A stretch of DNA of 64,000 nucleotides from an uncultured Planctomycetaceae bacterium (GTDB lineage: Bacteria; Planctomycetota; Planctomycetia; Planctomycetales; Planctomycetaceae). Shown one piece after another: positions 1-10,892 of the stretch (its first letter is position 1; every line of letters starts with the position of its first letter). The DNA lies in the NCBI GenBank assembly GCA_963813715.1, contig CAWFAK010000009.1:128001-192000 (forward strand), read 5' to 3'. Both the position numbers and the translations under genes were made by a program. A model generated the notes under the pieces. It saw nothing but the letters and a program-made list of their open reading frames with translations. It was not told where the DNA came from and ran no database searches.

Positions 1-636
1 GACGATGGCGTCTTGCCCGTCGATCGTCGCCTCAGGACGAAACTCTTCGGCCTTGATGCGTTCGCCGGCAACTTTCTTTGTGAGCCGTTCGAGGTGAGTG
101 GTGGGCAGTTCGCCCAAGAGCTTGCCGAAGCTCGCGGTGGTGACGGCCTGCACTTCCTCGCGCTTGCCCTTGTGCCAGGCGACGAGGAAGTCCTGCACGA
201 CCAGGAGCAAGTCCATCTGCTCGATCACGCTCTTGACCGCGGTGACGTCCTTGCTTTTCTGTTTGAAGACGACGTCGTCGACGACCCACTTGCCCGATTT
301 CTGGTCGCGGACCAGCTTGAACTCCATCTTGCGATGGGTCTTTTCCGTGGTGACTTCGACTTTCTTTTCCTTATCCGAAACGTTCTTGACCTTGACGATC
401 GTGAGCTTTTCCTCGGGGTGCTGATACACGATCTTCAGCGCATCGATCGAATCTTTCCGCCGCAGCGCCTTCTCGTCGAACTGTTCCGAGGCCGTGGCCT
501 TCAGCTGGTCGATATCGTTTTTCTCGATCGCCGCGGTGAAGTGATCGAGTACGCCGGTCTCGGCGATGTTCGCGCAGCCGACGGCGGCGCAGACGAGAAC
601 CGTTCCGTAGACCACGGTGTGCGGAATGCGAACCAT
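1..636 (-). CDS. Putative lipoprotein, runs off the left edge (MVRIPHTVVYGTVLVCAAVGC...)
   Basis: My translation of the minus strand from ATG 636 is open to position 1. It has a signal peptide ending AVGC (lipobox-like) and a Lys/Glu-rich body. It is absent from the ORF track because no stop falls inside the window. Confidence 0.75.
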   Translation of the reverse strand, partial: MVRIPHTVVYGTVLVCAAVGCANIAETGVLDHFTAAIEKNDIDQLKATASEQFDEKALRRKDSIDALKIVYQHPEEKLTIVKVKNVSDKEKKVEVTTEKTHRKMEFKLVRDQKSGKWVVDDVVFKQKSKDVTAVKSVIEQMDLLLVVQDFLVAWHKGKREEVQAVTTASFGKLLGELPTTHLERLTKKVAGERIKAEEFRPEATIDGQDAIV

Positions 637-837
637 GACACTCGTCCTGGCCGATCAGACGTCGGGCAAGCGGAAGTTTTGGAGGTGGGAGCAGTCGGGA
701 GGGAGGGGAGGCGAGAGTTGAGAGGGGCGTCTTTTCTCAAATCCCATCGGTCGCGTCAAGCCCGGTCACACCGGGCAAAATACAGTTTTTTCATCGTTTC
801 GCATTCTGCTGACGCGATTGCGCGACCGAAACTGGTC

Positions 838-865
838 TTGGTGCGAGGTTACCTCGCACTATAAT
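838..865 (+). promoter_or_regulatory. Sigma70-like promoter TTGGTG-N16-TATAAT
   Basis: Perfect TATAAT at 860-865 and TTGGTG at 838-843, upstream of the gene at 1105. Confidence 0.5.
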
Positions 866-1104
866 CCCCGCCCTCTCTCCTCTCTTTCTTGTTGCATTCT
901 CTCTCGCAGCTCACTGTCGATCTCGTCCGCTCGTTTCGCGCTGCTCACTTCGTTCCTCTGCGCGTCTGCGCCTTTCGCACTTCTGCTTGCCTTAATCGGT
1001 TCGCGCCGGCCGGCTCGCCCCTCGCGGCGAATCGTGTTGGAAATCGCGATCCGCCTGCGTTCGCTCATCTCGCTCGCTCTCCGCTCCCGCTTTCCCTTCC
1101 CTAG

Positions 1105-4100
1105 GTGATTCATGGGGACTCCTTCGTCCACCGGCTGCTCCGCGCAGGCTGGCGGCTTCCCAATAGTCGATCGCATCGCTGCCGTAGCCTGGCCTGGCGG
1201 GCCGCCTGTCTCGCGCTCGGCACCCTCTTTTTGTCCGCGGCCCATCCGGACGAAGATCACCGTCTGGTCCGCGTTCAAATCGAATGGCGGTCATCCAAAT
1301 CCGAATGTTGGGCCGGTGTGCTGGAGACGTCGCAGGGCACGATTGAGCATCCGGCATCGTTGGGCGTCGCCGGCGACGAGGCGGGCACGCTCTGGGCTGA
1401 CGGCAAGTGCCTATGGCTCGGCCGGCACAAGTCCAGCGATCGCGACGGCTTCGAGGTCTCCGTCATCGCCCCGCCTTCGGCACACTTATCTTTCACGCTG
1501 CAAGCGCCGGGCAGCAGCGGCCCGCGGCAACGGTTTGAATGCCTGCTTTCCGACCTCGAAGAGGGCAAAAGCCTGTCGGAAAAGGGAGCCGCGTTGCAGC
1601 TGTCGGTCCGCCGCGCTCCTGGGGACGCCTTGCGGATCGTCGTCGATCGTCCGCATCTGATCTATCATCCGAGCGAAACGTTCAAAGCCACGCTGGTCCC
1701 CGACGTGCTGATCGACGGGCGGCCTAACAAACGGGCACAGATCAGATGGACGCTCTCGGCCGCGCGAACGGGCGTTACGCTCAAAAGCGGCACGCTTCCT
1801 TTCCCGAGGAAGCCGCCGGCCGGCCACGGCGCGCTCGGCGGCGGTCTAGTCGAAATTCCGCTCCCGCGCGAAGAAGGTCCGATCTCGCTCGGCTTTCGCC
1901 TTGTCGGCAATGGCCCGAGTGAGCCGCGATCGTCTGTGCAATTGCTGGTGCTGAGCGAAACGGCACCGCGCGATCCGCGCATCGCGCTGTCGGCTGAGAC
2001 TTTGATCGAGCGCCTCACAGCTGACGAATTTGAATCGCGGCGACTTGCGCCCACACCGGTGGCTTCGGGCAGCTCGACGCCCACACTCCGCGCGGCCTTC
2101 GACACGTCGCGACCGGAACCGGCCGAGTTGACCACCGCCGGCGAAGCGCACGTCGACTGGATGCGCCGTCCGCCTGCAGCTCAAGCATCCGCAACGGCCG
2201 CACCGATTGGTGCTGCACGTTGCGCCCGATAGCGGGCCGTTGCTCGGCGCAAGCCTGCTCGAACCCGATGCGAAGGGAGCATTCACGGCCTCCACGCTCA
2301 ATACGGGCTTGGCGTTCGCCGACACGAGCGACGAGGCACCCGCCACAGAGGCCGCCGGTTGCCAGCACGAAATTCTCTTCTGGCCGCAAGTTTGCGACCC
2401 GGTACTGCTCGTGCACGATCTGGCCAGCGGTCATCGCCCGCATGTCACGAACGTCGAAATCTATGAATTGGCTCCGCCGCCTCCGCAGCCTTTGACACCA
2501 CAGTCGCCGATTGCAAGACCAGTGAATGCGGCCCACGCAGTCGACTCGCGTTCGGACGAGCGTCTGATCGGCCCGTACCTCGCCCGCCCACTCTTGCCCG
2601 AAACATTCGGCGGCCCGAAGGTCTTCGACGCGCGGGCCGGACAGAGCATTGAGGATTGGGAGACGTTCCACGCGGCCGCCCGGCATGTCGCGGATTATCT
2701 CGTCTACCATGGCTACAACAGCCTGCTGATCGCCGCCCTGTCCGAGGGCACAACGATCTACCCGAGCACGTCGATCGAGCCGACCCGGCGGTACGACTCG
2801 GGCGCGGTCTCGGCCGCGAGCCAGATTCCAATCCGCAAGGATTTCTTGGAACTCCTCCATCGGGTCTTCGATCGAGAACACCTGACATTGATTCCCGAGC
2901 TGCAGTTCACTTGCCCGCTTCCCTCGCTCGAGCGGCAGTTGGTCGACGGGGCGGCGGCAGAGGGGATCGAGCTGATCGGGGCCGACGGCCAGAGCGCTCG
3001 CGAGCGCGGGGGCCGCGGGCAAGAACCCTGGCCGATCTACAACCCGCTCGACCCGCGCGTGCAAGACGCGGTGCTCACCGCCGTTCGCGAAGTCGTCGAG
3101 CGGTATCGGCAGCATCCTTCGTTTCGCGGCGTGGCGCTCGAGATCAGTCGCACCGGTTACCTGCAATTGCCGGGAATCGATTGGGGCTACGATTCGGCGA
3201 CGGTCGCCCGTTTCGAGCACGACACGGGAGTGACTGTCGACGGACCGCTCGGCGGCGACGTTTATCCGCATCGGCACGCCGTCCTCACAGGCGAGGCCCG
3301 AACCGCGTGGGTTCGCTGGCGGTGTCAGCAAATGGCGAAGTTCTATCAGCGGCTAGCCGACACGCTCCAATCGTCCGGACCGCAGGCGCGTCTCGTGCTA
3401 GCGTGCAAGCAGGTGCTGCCCGATCCGGGCGCTGACGAGGAAGTGCGACACGAGATTCGCGTGCGGGGCCGACTGGCCGAATTGCTAGCCGACCGCGGGC
3501 TCGACTTTTCGCTTTTGGGCGACGACGCGCGAATCGTCGTGCTCAAGTCGTCCGTGTGGCACGCCTCGGCCAACGCCGAGGAAGGCTTGCTTGACGACGC
3601 ACTCAGCCCGACGGGCTCGTTCGGCAACGCCTTTCACTTTCCCCGGATCGGCGTGCTCAACTACCGCCCGCCGCGACAGATCAACGTGGCCAATTTCGAG
3701 TGCGCTGCGGCCGGGCAGCCTGCGGTGATGCGGCTCTCTGTCGAAGCTTCGCCGAATGTTCGCGCGAGCCGCCGCCGCTTCGTCCGCGCACTGGCCGAGA
3801 CCAACGCGCCGATGATCTTTGAGGGGGGCTGGACCGTTCCGCTGGGACAGGAACGGGCAACCGAACGCCTGCGGCAAATCGCGCGGGCCATTCCGCCGAT
3901 CCCCTTTTTTAAAGTGGCGGCGGACGACCAGTCGGCCATCGTTCAGATCGCCCGGCACAACAAAAAGACGTATATCTATGCAGTCAACGCGTTCGCCCAA
4001 CCGTTCGAGCTATCGCTCGTGCTCTCCTGTCCGCCGGGAACGGCCTGTCATCCGCTCGGCCCGTCGCCCCCGGCATTGATTGGACCGGGATCCTCCGGAG

Positions 4101-4690
4101 CGACCAGCGGCGACTCGGCTGGCAGCGATTCGAGCCGGCTGCATACGTCGCTCGACGGTTACGGGCTGGCGGCCTGGGAAATCGATCACGACGATGCGCG
4201 AGTGATCGCCGTCGAAACGCAGCTGCCGCCGGCCGCCCTCGCACATTTGCAGGCGCGCGTCGCCCGCTTTCAGCAACAACTGGCCCTCGCCCGGAGGAGC
4301 GCTCAGGCGGAGACAAGTGTCGCGGCGACTGCCGGAGGAAATGCCCCAGGGGATACCGCCGCGCCGCGCGGAGAGAAGGGGGAAGCAATTTCCTCGCTGC
4401 ACGAAACTTCCGCCGAGGCTGGCTCGCTCGAACTGACCTCCGGCCGCAGCCCGGTTCGCGGCGTGGTCGCCGACGGGCCGCCCGAGACCGACTCGCTCTC
4501 GCCCGACGATTTGCGCCAGCTCGCGAAGATCTCGATGCAGCTCGCGCTCGCCGCGGACGAAAAGCGAGTCGCGCAGTGCCAGCAATTGTTGGACAGCTAT
4601 TGGTGCCGCCACCTGTCGCTCCGCGCCGACTCGTCGCAGCCTGCCCTCCTCCGGGAGGCGGCCCGACCGACCGAATCAGCGACCCGCTGA
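1105..4690 (+). CDS. Large secreted family-10 glycosyl-hydrolase-like (GHL10-type TIM barrel) protein, split by an indel near 2165
   Basis: ORFs 1105..2232 and 2207..4690 overlap. N-terminal signal-like segment. Motifs YNSLLIAALSEGTTIYPS, DFLELLHRVFDRE and YNPLDPRVQDAVLTAVREVVERY. Confidence 0.6.
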
Positions 4691-4721
4691 ACGCACCGCC
4701 GCGGGCTGTGCGAAGCTCGCT

Positions 4722-5485
4722 CTACGGCTCGCTATCCCCGGCAAAGCTCGCGATCAACTCGCGTTTGAGCGCACGGACAGCCCCCGCAGAAATCGGGTTT
4801 GTGCGGCGGCCGCCTGCGCACGCCGCGCTCCGCACGCCGACAAGATCGGGGCCGACTGTTGGCCAACTCGGCCAATTGGGGGCGTCTCAGCCCGCCAGCC
4901 AACGCGACCTTTAAGCCCGTCTCGCGCGCCTCGTTGACCAGCCGCCGCAGCGTACGGCAGTCGGTCACTTCCAGCAGATTTCCGGCCCGCTTGTCGAACG
5001 TGTCGAGCAGCAGGACCGAACACCGCACCGTTCGGGCCGACGCGAGTACTCGCGAGGGTTCAAGGCTTTTGGCCTTCTGCCAATCGGCATAGGCCACCGC
5101 CACCCATTGCACGCCAGCGCCGGCAGGCATTTCGACCCGGCTCTGCACTTGTCGCCAGGCCGCGACCCAACGCTCAGCCGAAGCGATCCCGGCCGCGCCC
5201 AACTTGAGATAGCCGATTCCGGGTGGCACCGCGAACGCCGGCTCGCCCGGCCGCTTCCCAGTCGACCAGCTCACCCAGGGCCGCGCTGCAGGGAAGGGGA
5301 GTCGCCGGGCCGCGGCAACCGGCAGCAAACTCAGCGATGGCCACCATCCGCGGGCGATCGGCCATGCCAAGCGGGCCGCGGGACGGTTCCTTGATGTCGA
5401 GCAGATCGCAACTGCCAACGACGGCCGCCCGCGCCTCGACTGCGTTGCGAACGCTCACCAGCAACGCGGGAACGCGCGCGTCCAC
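4722..5485 (-). CDS. mfnB: (5-formylfuran-3-yl)methyl phosphate synthase (DUF556), two indels
   Basis: LLVSVRNAVEARAA...DLLDIKEPSRGPLG, YLKLG, VAVAYAD, LLLDTFDK, VALAGGL, DLVGVRSAAC are spread over three frames. Stop at 4722-4724. Confidence 0.85.
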
Positions 5486-5571
5486 CCGAGGGCGCGCTCG
5501 TCCACGGCCGATCGAGACCGGGATTTCGGACGAAAGAAACGGGGCGAGAGGAGGGACACAGGATTGATCCG

Positions 5572-6315
5572 CTAAAGCAAGCGGGGCGACTCGTCCGCGA
5601 ACGGATGCAGGCCGCCAAACGTCTTCGGTCGGGGCAAGGCGTCGACCAGTGCCTCGGCCATCTTGAAGTCGGCAAATGTGGTGAGCTTGATGTTCATCGG
5701 CCAGCCTTCAACGATCGACACTGGGTGCCCCAGGTTCTCTACCAGCTGGGCCTCGTCGGTGGCCTGCAGCGATCCGCGGCGGGCGAACGCGTCCATGAGC
5801 AACTGTCGGCGAAACACCTGCGGTGTCTGCGCCCGCCACAGTCCGTCGCGCGGCACCGTCTCGACGATTGTGCGATCCGGGCCAACCCGCTTGAGCGTGT
5901 CGCTGGCGGCCAGGGCCGGGATGACGGCCCCCGATTTCTCCGCCTGCACAAAAAGCGTGTCGACCCATTCTTTTACGAGCAACGGCCGGGCCGCGTCGTG
6001 GACGGCGACGAAATCGACATCAGTTTTGACTCGGGCCAGGGCGTTCTGCACCGATTCGAACCGCTCAGCCCCGCCCTCGACAATCTCAACATTCATAAAG
6101 GCCAGATTCGGGCGGAACTTTTCCTTGACCCACTCGATGTCTTCGCGGGAAACGACCAGCAGCACCTGACTGACGTCCTCCCGATTGAGGAAGACTTCGG
6201 CCGCCCGCACCCAGACGGGCCGCCCCTTCAACTCGATGAAGGGCTTCTTCCGCTTCTGCATCGAGAAGCGGCTGCTCTTCCCCGCGGCCGGCAGGATCAC
6301 GGCGAAGTTGGCCAT
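5572..6315 (-). CDS. ispD: 2-C-methyl-D-erythritol 4-phosphate cytidylyltransferase
   Basis: ILPAAGKSSRF, GGAERFESV, AVHDAARP, AQTPQVF, TDEA, NIKLTT. Confidence 0.95.
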   Translation of the reverse strand: MANFAVILPAAGKSSRFSMQKRKKPFIELKGRPVWVRAAEVFLNREDVSQVLLVVSREDIEWVKEKFRPNLAFMNVEIVEGGAERFESVQNALARVKTDVDFVAVHDAARPLLVKEWVDTLFVQAEKSGAVIPALAASDTLKRVGPDRTIVETVPRDGLWRAQTPQVFRRQLLMDAFARRGSLQATDEAQLVENLGHPVSIVEGWPMNIKLTTFADFKMAEALVDALPRPKTFGGLHPFADESPRLL

Positions 6316-6444
6316 CGAATGACTCCGCGACACGAATCGGACGACGCGCACCCCCGAAAGAATTGAAGTGCGGCCGACGGCTCGATCATAGACCGCGCCG
6401 GTACAGGCGACAATTCACGCGGTCAGCAGTCGACGTGCCGGCCG

Positions 6445-6942
6445 TCAGATCCGTACGGGGGCCAGTCCCAGGCTCTTGCGGATCACCGTTAGCTGGCCGT
6501 AATGCACCCCCTCATGCCACAACAGCCGCATCAGCACGTTGCCCAACGTCGGGGCGAACTTGGAAAACTTTTCGGGGGGCGGGCCGGCAAGCTGCTCGTC
6601 GGTCAGCGATTGGACCCAGGCCCGAAAGGCGGCCCGCGACGACTTGAAATAGTCGCGGACGACGGCCAGCGGTGGGTAACTGCTCGCGTCGGGGCTGGGC
6701 TGCGACTTGGCAAAGAACGTCGCCCGATATTTCTCGGCGAGCGCATCGTCGTGGCCGGCCAGGTTTACCAAAAAGTACTGGTTGACCGTCGCCAGATGGC
6801 CAAGCGTCCACAGGGCATGGTTGCCCCCCTCGCACGGCTGGTGAAGGTACTGGTCCTCGGGAATGGCGGCGAAAAGGTCTTCGACCGCCTTATCGGTGTA
6901 ATCAAGGGCCGTGAGCAATTGATTGCGAAGTACGTCGGACAT
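6445..6942 (-). CDS. DinB family protein
   Basis: NHALWTLGHL...LLWHEGVHYGQL His triad. Confidence 0.85.
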   Translation of the reverse strand: MSDVLRNQLLTALDYTDKAVEDLFAAIPEDQYLHQPCEGGNHALWTLGHLATVNQYFLVNLAGHDDALAEKYRATFFAKSQPSPDASSYPPLAVVRDYFKSSRAAFRAWVQSLTDEQLAGPPPEKFSKFAPTLGNVLMRLLWHEGVHYGQLTVIRKSLGLAPVRI

Positions 6943-7164
6943 CGTCGGTTCCTTGTGGTGGGGCCGGTTCGGGTGGCGGAATCCCGGGGCCGTCCCAAGG
7001 CCTCTCGAGCAAGGGAGATCCGTAGAATCCTCCCAAAATCGCCCGCCCCTGACAAATTCCCGCACGGATTATCACGGCCGGCACCACTAATAAGGTGACG
7101 GATCCGGCGAAGGATCGCCGCCGTCAGATTGCGGTCTTACGGGAATCCGAGCGAGTCACGAACC

Positions 7165-9747
7165 ATGCGACTAACCCTCCGCACGCTGTTGGCCTACCTG
7201 GACGATATTCTGGAACCGGCTCAAACCAAGGAGATCGGCTCCAAGCTGACGGAGAGCAAGTTCGCGTCCGACCTGGTCGAGCGGATTCGCGACGTGATGC
7301 GTCGCCGCCGGCTGTCGGCCCCCGAGGTCGAAGAAGCCGAGGGGAGCCTCGACGCCAACGTGATGGCCGCCTACCTGGACAACACGCTCGCGTCGGACAA
7401 AGTCACCGACGTCGAAAAAATCTGCCTCGAATCGGACGTGCACCTGGCCGAGGCGGCCGCCTGCCATCAAATCCTCACGATGGTGCTGGGTGAGCCGGTC
7501 GAGATCGTCCCCGACAGCCGGCGCCGCATGTACGGATTGGTCTCGCAAGGCAGCGGAGACAATCACGCGGCCATCGCGGCGGGCCAGTCCGCGGCAGCCG
7601 GGGCCGCGCACGACGACCTCGACGACTTGGCGACGCCGACTCAGCCCGAGGAGCGGACCGAAAAGATCGACAGCCTGCTCCCCGAATATCTGCGGCCGCG
7701 CCCCTTCTGGCAGCGGGCGGCGTACGTCGCGGTTCCCGTGGTGCTGTTGGTCCTGCTCGGCTCTCTAATCGTCAACGATCCCACTTTCCACTTGGGGAAA
7801 TGGTTTGGCGGTGCAGACAACACGGCCGGCCAGGTCGCGGTGGGCGTGCCGAAGGCGCCCGGCCACGAACCGGCCAAGCCGAACGATGCAGCGCACGCCA
7901 CTCACGATGGGTTGCCCAATGCGGCCGAAGCTGTCGCGGCCGGCGGCGCGGCGAAACTGCCCGTCTCATCGACGTCCTCCGCGGCAACTCCGCCCGCGCA
8001 GTCGGAACCGAAATCGCCCTCGGTCGAACTGGCTCCCGGGTCGACGCCTCCGGCCGTGACTTCCACGAATCCCACGTCCACCGCACCGTCGCTGCCGGAC
8101 ACGGCGACGATCATGACCCCGACAAATGGGACAGCAACAAACGGGACAGCGACGAACGGCTCACCGACCGCGGCGACAACGACCCCGGCGCAGCCCACAT
8201 CGCCGGGCGCTCTGCCCGTGAATGTCGCAGCGTCGCCGACGAATCCGGCGACAAGTGCGGGGCCGGCTCCGGCGGTTCCCGCCCCCGGCAGCCCGACCGA
8301 GATGACGGCAAAGCCGGCGCCGGCCAATCCGGTCGCGTCGATCGGCTCGGCGAAATCCGGCGGCTCAGTTCCCGCTCCTCCCGTGCCCGGCATTACCGGA
8401 CATGAACCCAAATCGGCAACTACCGCCGGCGTGACGGCCAAGCCGGACAAGCCGGTCTCCGAAGCGCCGCTCGACGTGAGGTTTGTTTCCAAAACGGGCG
8501 TGCTACTGGGCTACGATCCGACCCGTGAAGATTGGTTCGTGCTCGAACGGCCGAGCCTCAAGCTGCCGGCTCCCATCGACGAAACGCCCAAAGTTGAGAA
8601 GGGTGATGCGGCCAACCAGCTCGTTTCGCCGGCACCCCCCGTGCCGATGCCTGGTGACCGACGGGCCGACTTGCTCGCGGCCCCCGAGCCGTTCGACAGC
8701 CAGCTCGACCTGGGCGACGGATTGTGCCGGATGTGGGTGATTGGCGGCAGCTCCGCCCGTCTCTTAGCGCCGGCCGGCGCCTCGCGCTTCGGCATCGAAC
8801 TGCGCGAAGGGCGCATCGTGCTGCGGAGCGGGCTCGGGCCTAATCCCGCGTCCGCCTACACGCCGCTCGTGGTGACGCTGGTCGTCCGCGGCGAACAATG
8901 GCAGCTCGAGTTCCTCCGGCCCGATACGCAGTGCGGCATCGAGATCACGCCGCTGTTTCCCAACAAGCCGGGTCAAGACGCCAAGGAAGTTTCCTACAAC
9001 GGCGGTCTGTACGTCGTTTCGGGAGACGTGCGATTCACGGAGGCCATCGGCCGGCAGCGGACGCTGGCCGCCGGTCGCTGGATTTCGCTCGCGCCGAGCG
9101 ACCTGGCCGTGGCGACCGATCTGGCCGGCTCATCGTTCCGCGCGAAGGGATCCGCCCCAACCTGGCTGACTCCGGAGACGCACAAAATTCCGCCGTCACT
9201 CACGCGGATCGCAAAAGATTTCGGCGAAGCGTTCCTGTCGGATCAGCCGGTTTCGCTGTCGATCGGCACGCTCGCCAAGAGCGAGAAGAATCCGAAGATC
9301 GCGGAGCTGGCCGCCAAGACACTGGCGCTCACCGGGCAATATGCGAGCCTGGTCGAAGTGCTGGCCCAGGTGCCGCACGACGAAGCGGTCGAAGCCGCGG
9401 CGCGGGGCCTCCGCGCGTGGCTGCCGATTGCGCCCAACAACGTTACGCTGCTGCAAAAAGAGCTGAGCACGGCCTTCGTGCCCGCCGTCGAGGACATTGT
9501 GTTGCGGTTGTTGTGGGGTTACAACATCAACGACGACGCCCGCAATCTCGACACGTCGAAGCAGCTCGTCGAATGGCTGGATAACGACAAGCTGGCCGTC
9601 CGCGTGCTGGCGATCGACCAGATCAGCGCGCTCACCGGCGGCCAAACCATGCGATATCGCGCCGGTATGAAGACCGCCGATCGGAAGGTCACCAAGCGGC
9701 AATGGGAACACTACGTCGAGCAGAACAAGGGCTTGGTTCACAAGTGA
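7165..9747 (+). CDS. Single-pass membrane protein: anti-sigma-like N-terminus, Pro/Thr/Ala linker, FecR-like and helical-repeat C-terminus
   Basis: Two AYLD helices plus CLESDVHLAEAAACHQ, one TM segment, a low-complexity linker containing TNGTA repeats, then IELREGRIVL and LYVVSGDVRF strands. The stop overlaps the ubiA start (GTGA). Confidence 0.7.
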   Translation: MRLTLRTLLAYLDDILEPAQTKEIGSKLTESKFASDLVERIRDVMRRRRLSAPEVEEAEGSLDANVMAAYLDNTLASDKVTDVEKICLESDVHLAEAAACHQILTMVLGEPVEIVPDSRRRMYGLVSQGSGDNHAAIAAGQSAAAGAAHDDLDDLATPTQPEERTEKIDSLLPEYLRPRPFWQRAAYVAVPVVLLVLLGSLIVNDPTFHLGKWFGGADNTAGQVAVGVPKAPGHEPAKPNDAAHATHDGLPNAAEAVAAGGAAKLPVSSTSSAATPPAQSEPKSPSVELAPGSTPPAVTSTNPTSTAPSLPDTATIMTPTNGTATNGTATNGSPTAATTTPAQPTSPGALPVNVAASPTNPATSAGPAPAVPAPGSPTEMTAKPAPANPVASIGSAKSGGSVPAPPVPGITGHEPKSATTAGVTAKPDKPVSEAPLDVRFVSKTGVLLGYDPTREDWFVLERPSLKLPAPIDETPKVEKGDAANQLVSPAPPVPMPGDRRADLLAAPEPFDSQLDLGDGLCRMWVIGGSSARLLAPAGASRFGIELREGRIVLRSGLGPNPASAYTPLVVTLVVRGEQWQLEFLRPDTQCGIEITPLFPNKPGQDAKEVSYNGGLYVVSGDVRFTEAIGRQRTLAAGRWISLAPSDLAVATDLAGSSFRAKGSAPTWLTPETHKIPPSLTRIAKDFGEAFLSDQPVSLSIGTLAKSEKNPKIAELAAKTLALTGQYASLVEVLAQVPHDEAVEAAARGLRAWLPIAPNNVTLLQKELSTAFVPAVEDIVLRLLWGYNINDDARNLDTSKQLVEWLDNDKLAVRVLAIDQISALTGGQTMRYRAGMKTADRKVTKRQWEHYVEQNKGLVHK

Positions 9748-10653
9748 ACCCACCGAGCGCGCAGGGCACGGTCGGCGGTGCCTCCGTGCGGCGATTCCTC
9801 GAGCTGATTCGCTTCAGTCACACGGTCTTCGCACTACCATTCGCCCTGTTCTCGGCCGTGCTGGCCTGGCAACAGCCGGACGTCGCTTTTCGTCTGCGCG
9901 ACGTGGCGGGCTTGCTGTTGTGCATGGTGTTTGCCCGCTCGGCCTCGATGGCATTTAATCGCCTGGCCGACCGTCGCTTGGACGCTCAGAACCCGCGGAC
10001 GGCGGGTCGCCACCTGCCGGCGGGACTGTTGAGCGTGACGGCGGTGAGCCTGTTCACCGTCGGCTGCGCGGCAGGATTTGTCGCCTCGACGCTGCTCTTT
10101 TTGCCGAACCGGTTGCCGCTGGAACTGTCGCTGCCTGTGCTCGCGTTCTTGCTGGGCTACTCGTTCGCGAAGCGGTTTACGTCTTTCGTGCATTTCTGGC
10201 TCGGCGGCCGCGCTCATGCTCTCTCCCATTGCCGCCTGGATCGCGATTACCGGCGGCCTGGCCTGGCCGCCCGTGCTGTTGGGGCTGGCCGTCTTCTTCT
10301 GGGTCGGCGGCTTCGACGTGATCTACGCGTGCCAGGATGTCGAGTTCGATCGCGCATCGCGACTCCGCAGCATCCCCGCGCGATTCGGCGTTGGCCGAGC
10401 GCTCAAGCTGGCGGCGCTCAGCCACCTGCTGACGGTCGTTTGCCTCGCCGCGCTGTGGTGGACGGCTGGGCTCGGTCCGCTGTTCGCCATCGGCGTGGCG
10501 GCTGTCGCGATTCTGTTGGCCTACGAACACTGGCTCGTCCGCCCCGACGATCTGACCCGCGTGAATATGGCGTTCTTCAACGTCAACGCGGTGATCAGCA
10601 TCGGCCTGTTCGTGGTCGGCAGTTTGGACGTTTGGACGAGAACGCTGCGATAG
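9744..10653 (+). CDS. ubiA: UbiA-family prenyltransferase (MqnP-like), indel near 10205
   Basis: IRFSHTVFALPF, MAFNRLADRRLDAQNPRT, FDVIYACQD, NMAFFNVN. Confidence 0.9.
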
Positions 10654-10691
10654 GGAGTCTTACCGAGCGCTGCCCTTCCTCACCCGCTCAG

Positions 10692-10733
10692 CCCCTCGCC
10701 CTAAATTCCTCTCCCCCTCGCGGGAGAGGGAGA
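10692..10733 (+). repeat. Degenerate REP-like palindrome (CCCTCxCCC...CCTCTCCC-loop-GGGAGAGG type)
   Basis: Hairpin cctctccc (10708-10715) / gggagagg (10722-10729) preceded by cccctcgcccta, in intergenic DNA. Confidence 0.5.
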
Positions 10734-10892
10734 AAGATGAGGGACTAGTAGCGAGATCCTCCGTTCGACCGAGCGTCCGTCTGACGCACGGTGGTCCGGC
10801 TCCGCTCGGCGGACTAGAATACCGGTAACGCGGAAATATGGCCGATTTATCGAGAAAAACTGCGGAGTGACGCGTGGATCGCGAACGCACCC

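Noticed and set aside
13..864. 283-aa + strand ORF
   Set aside because: It is the antisense shadow of the minus-strand lipoprotein gene at 1-636.
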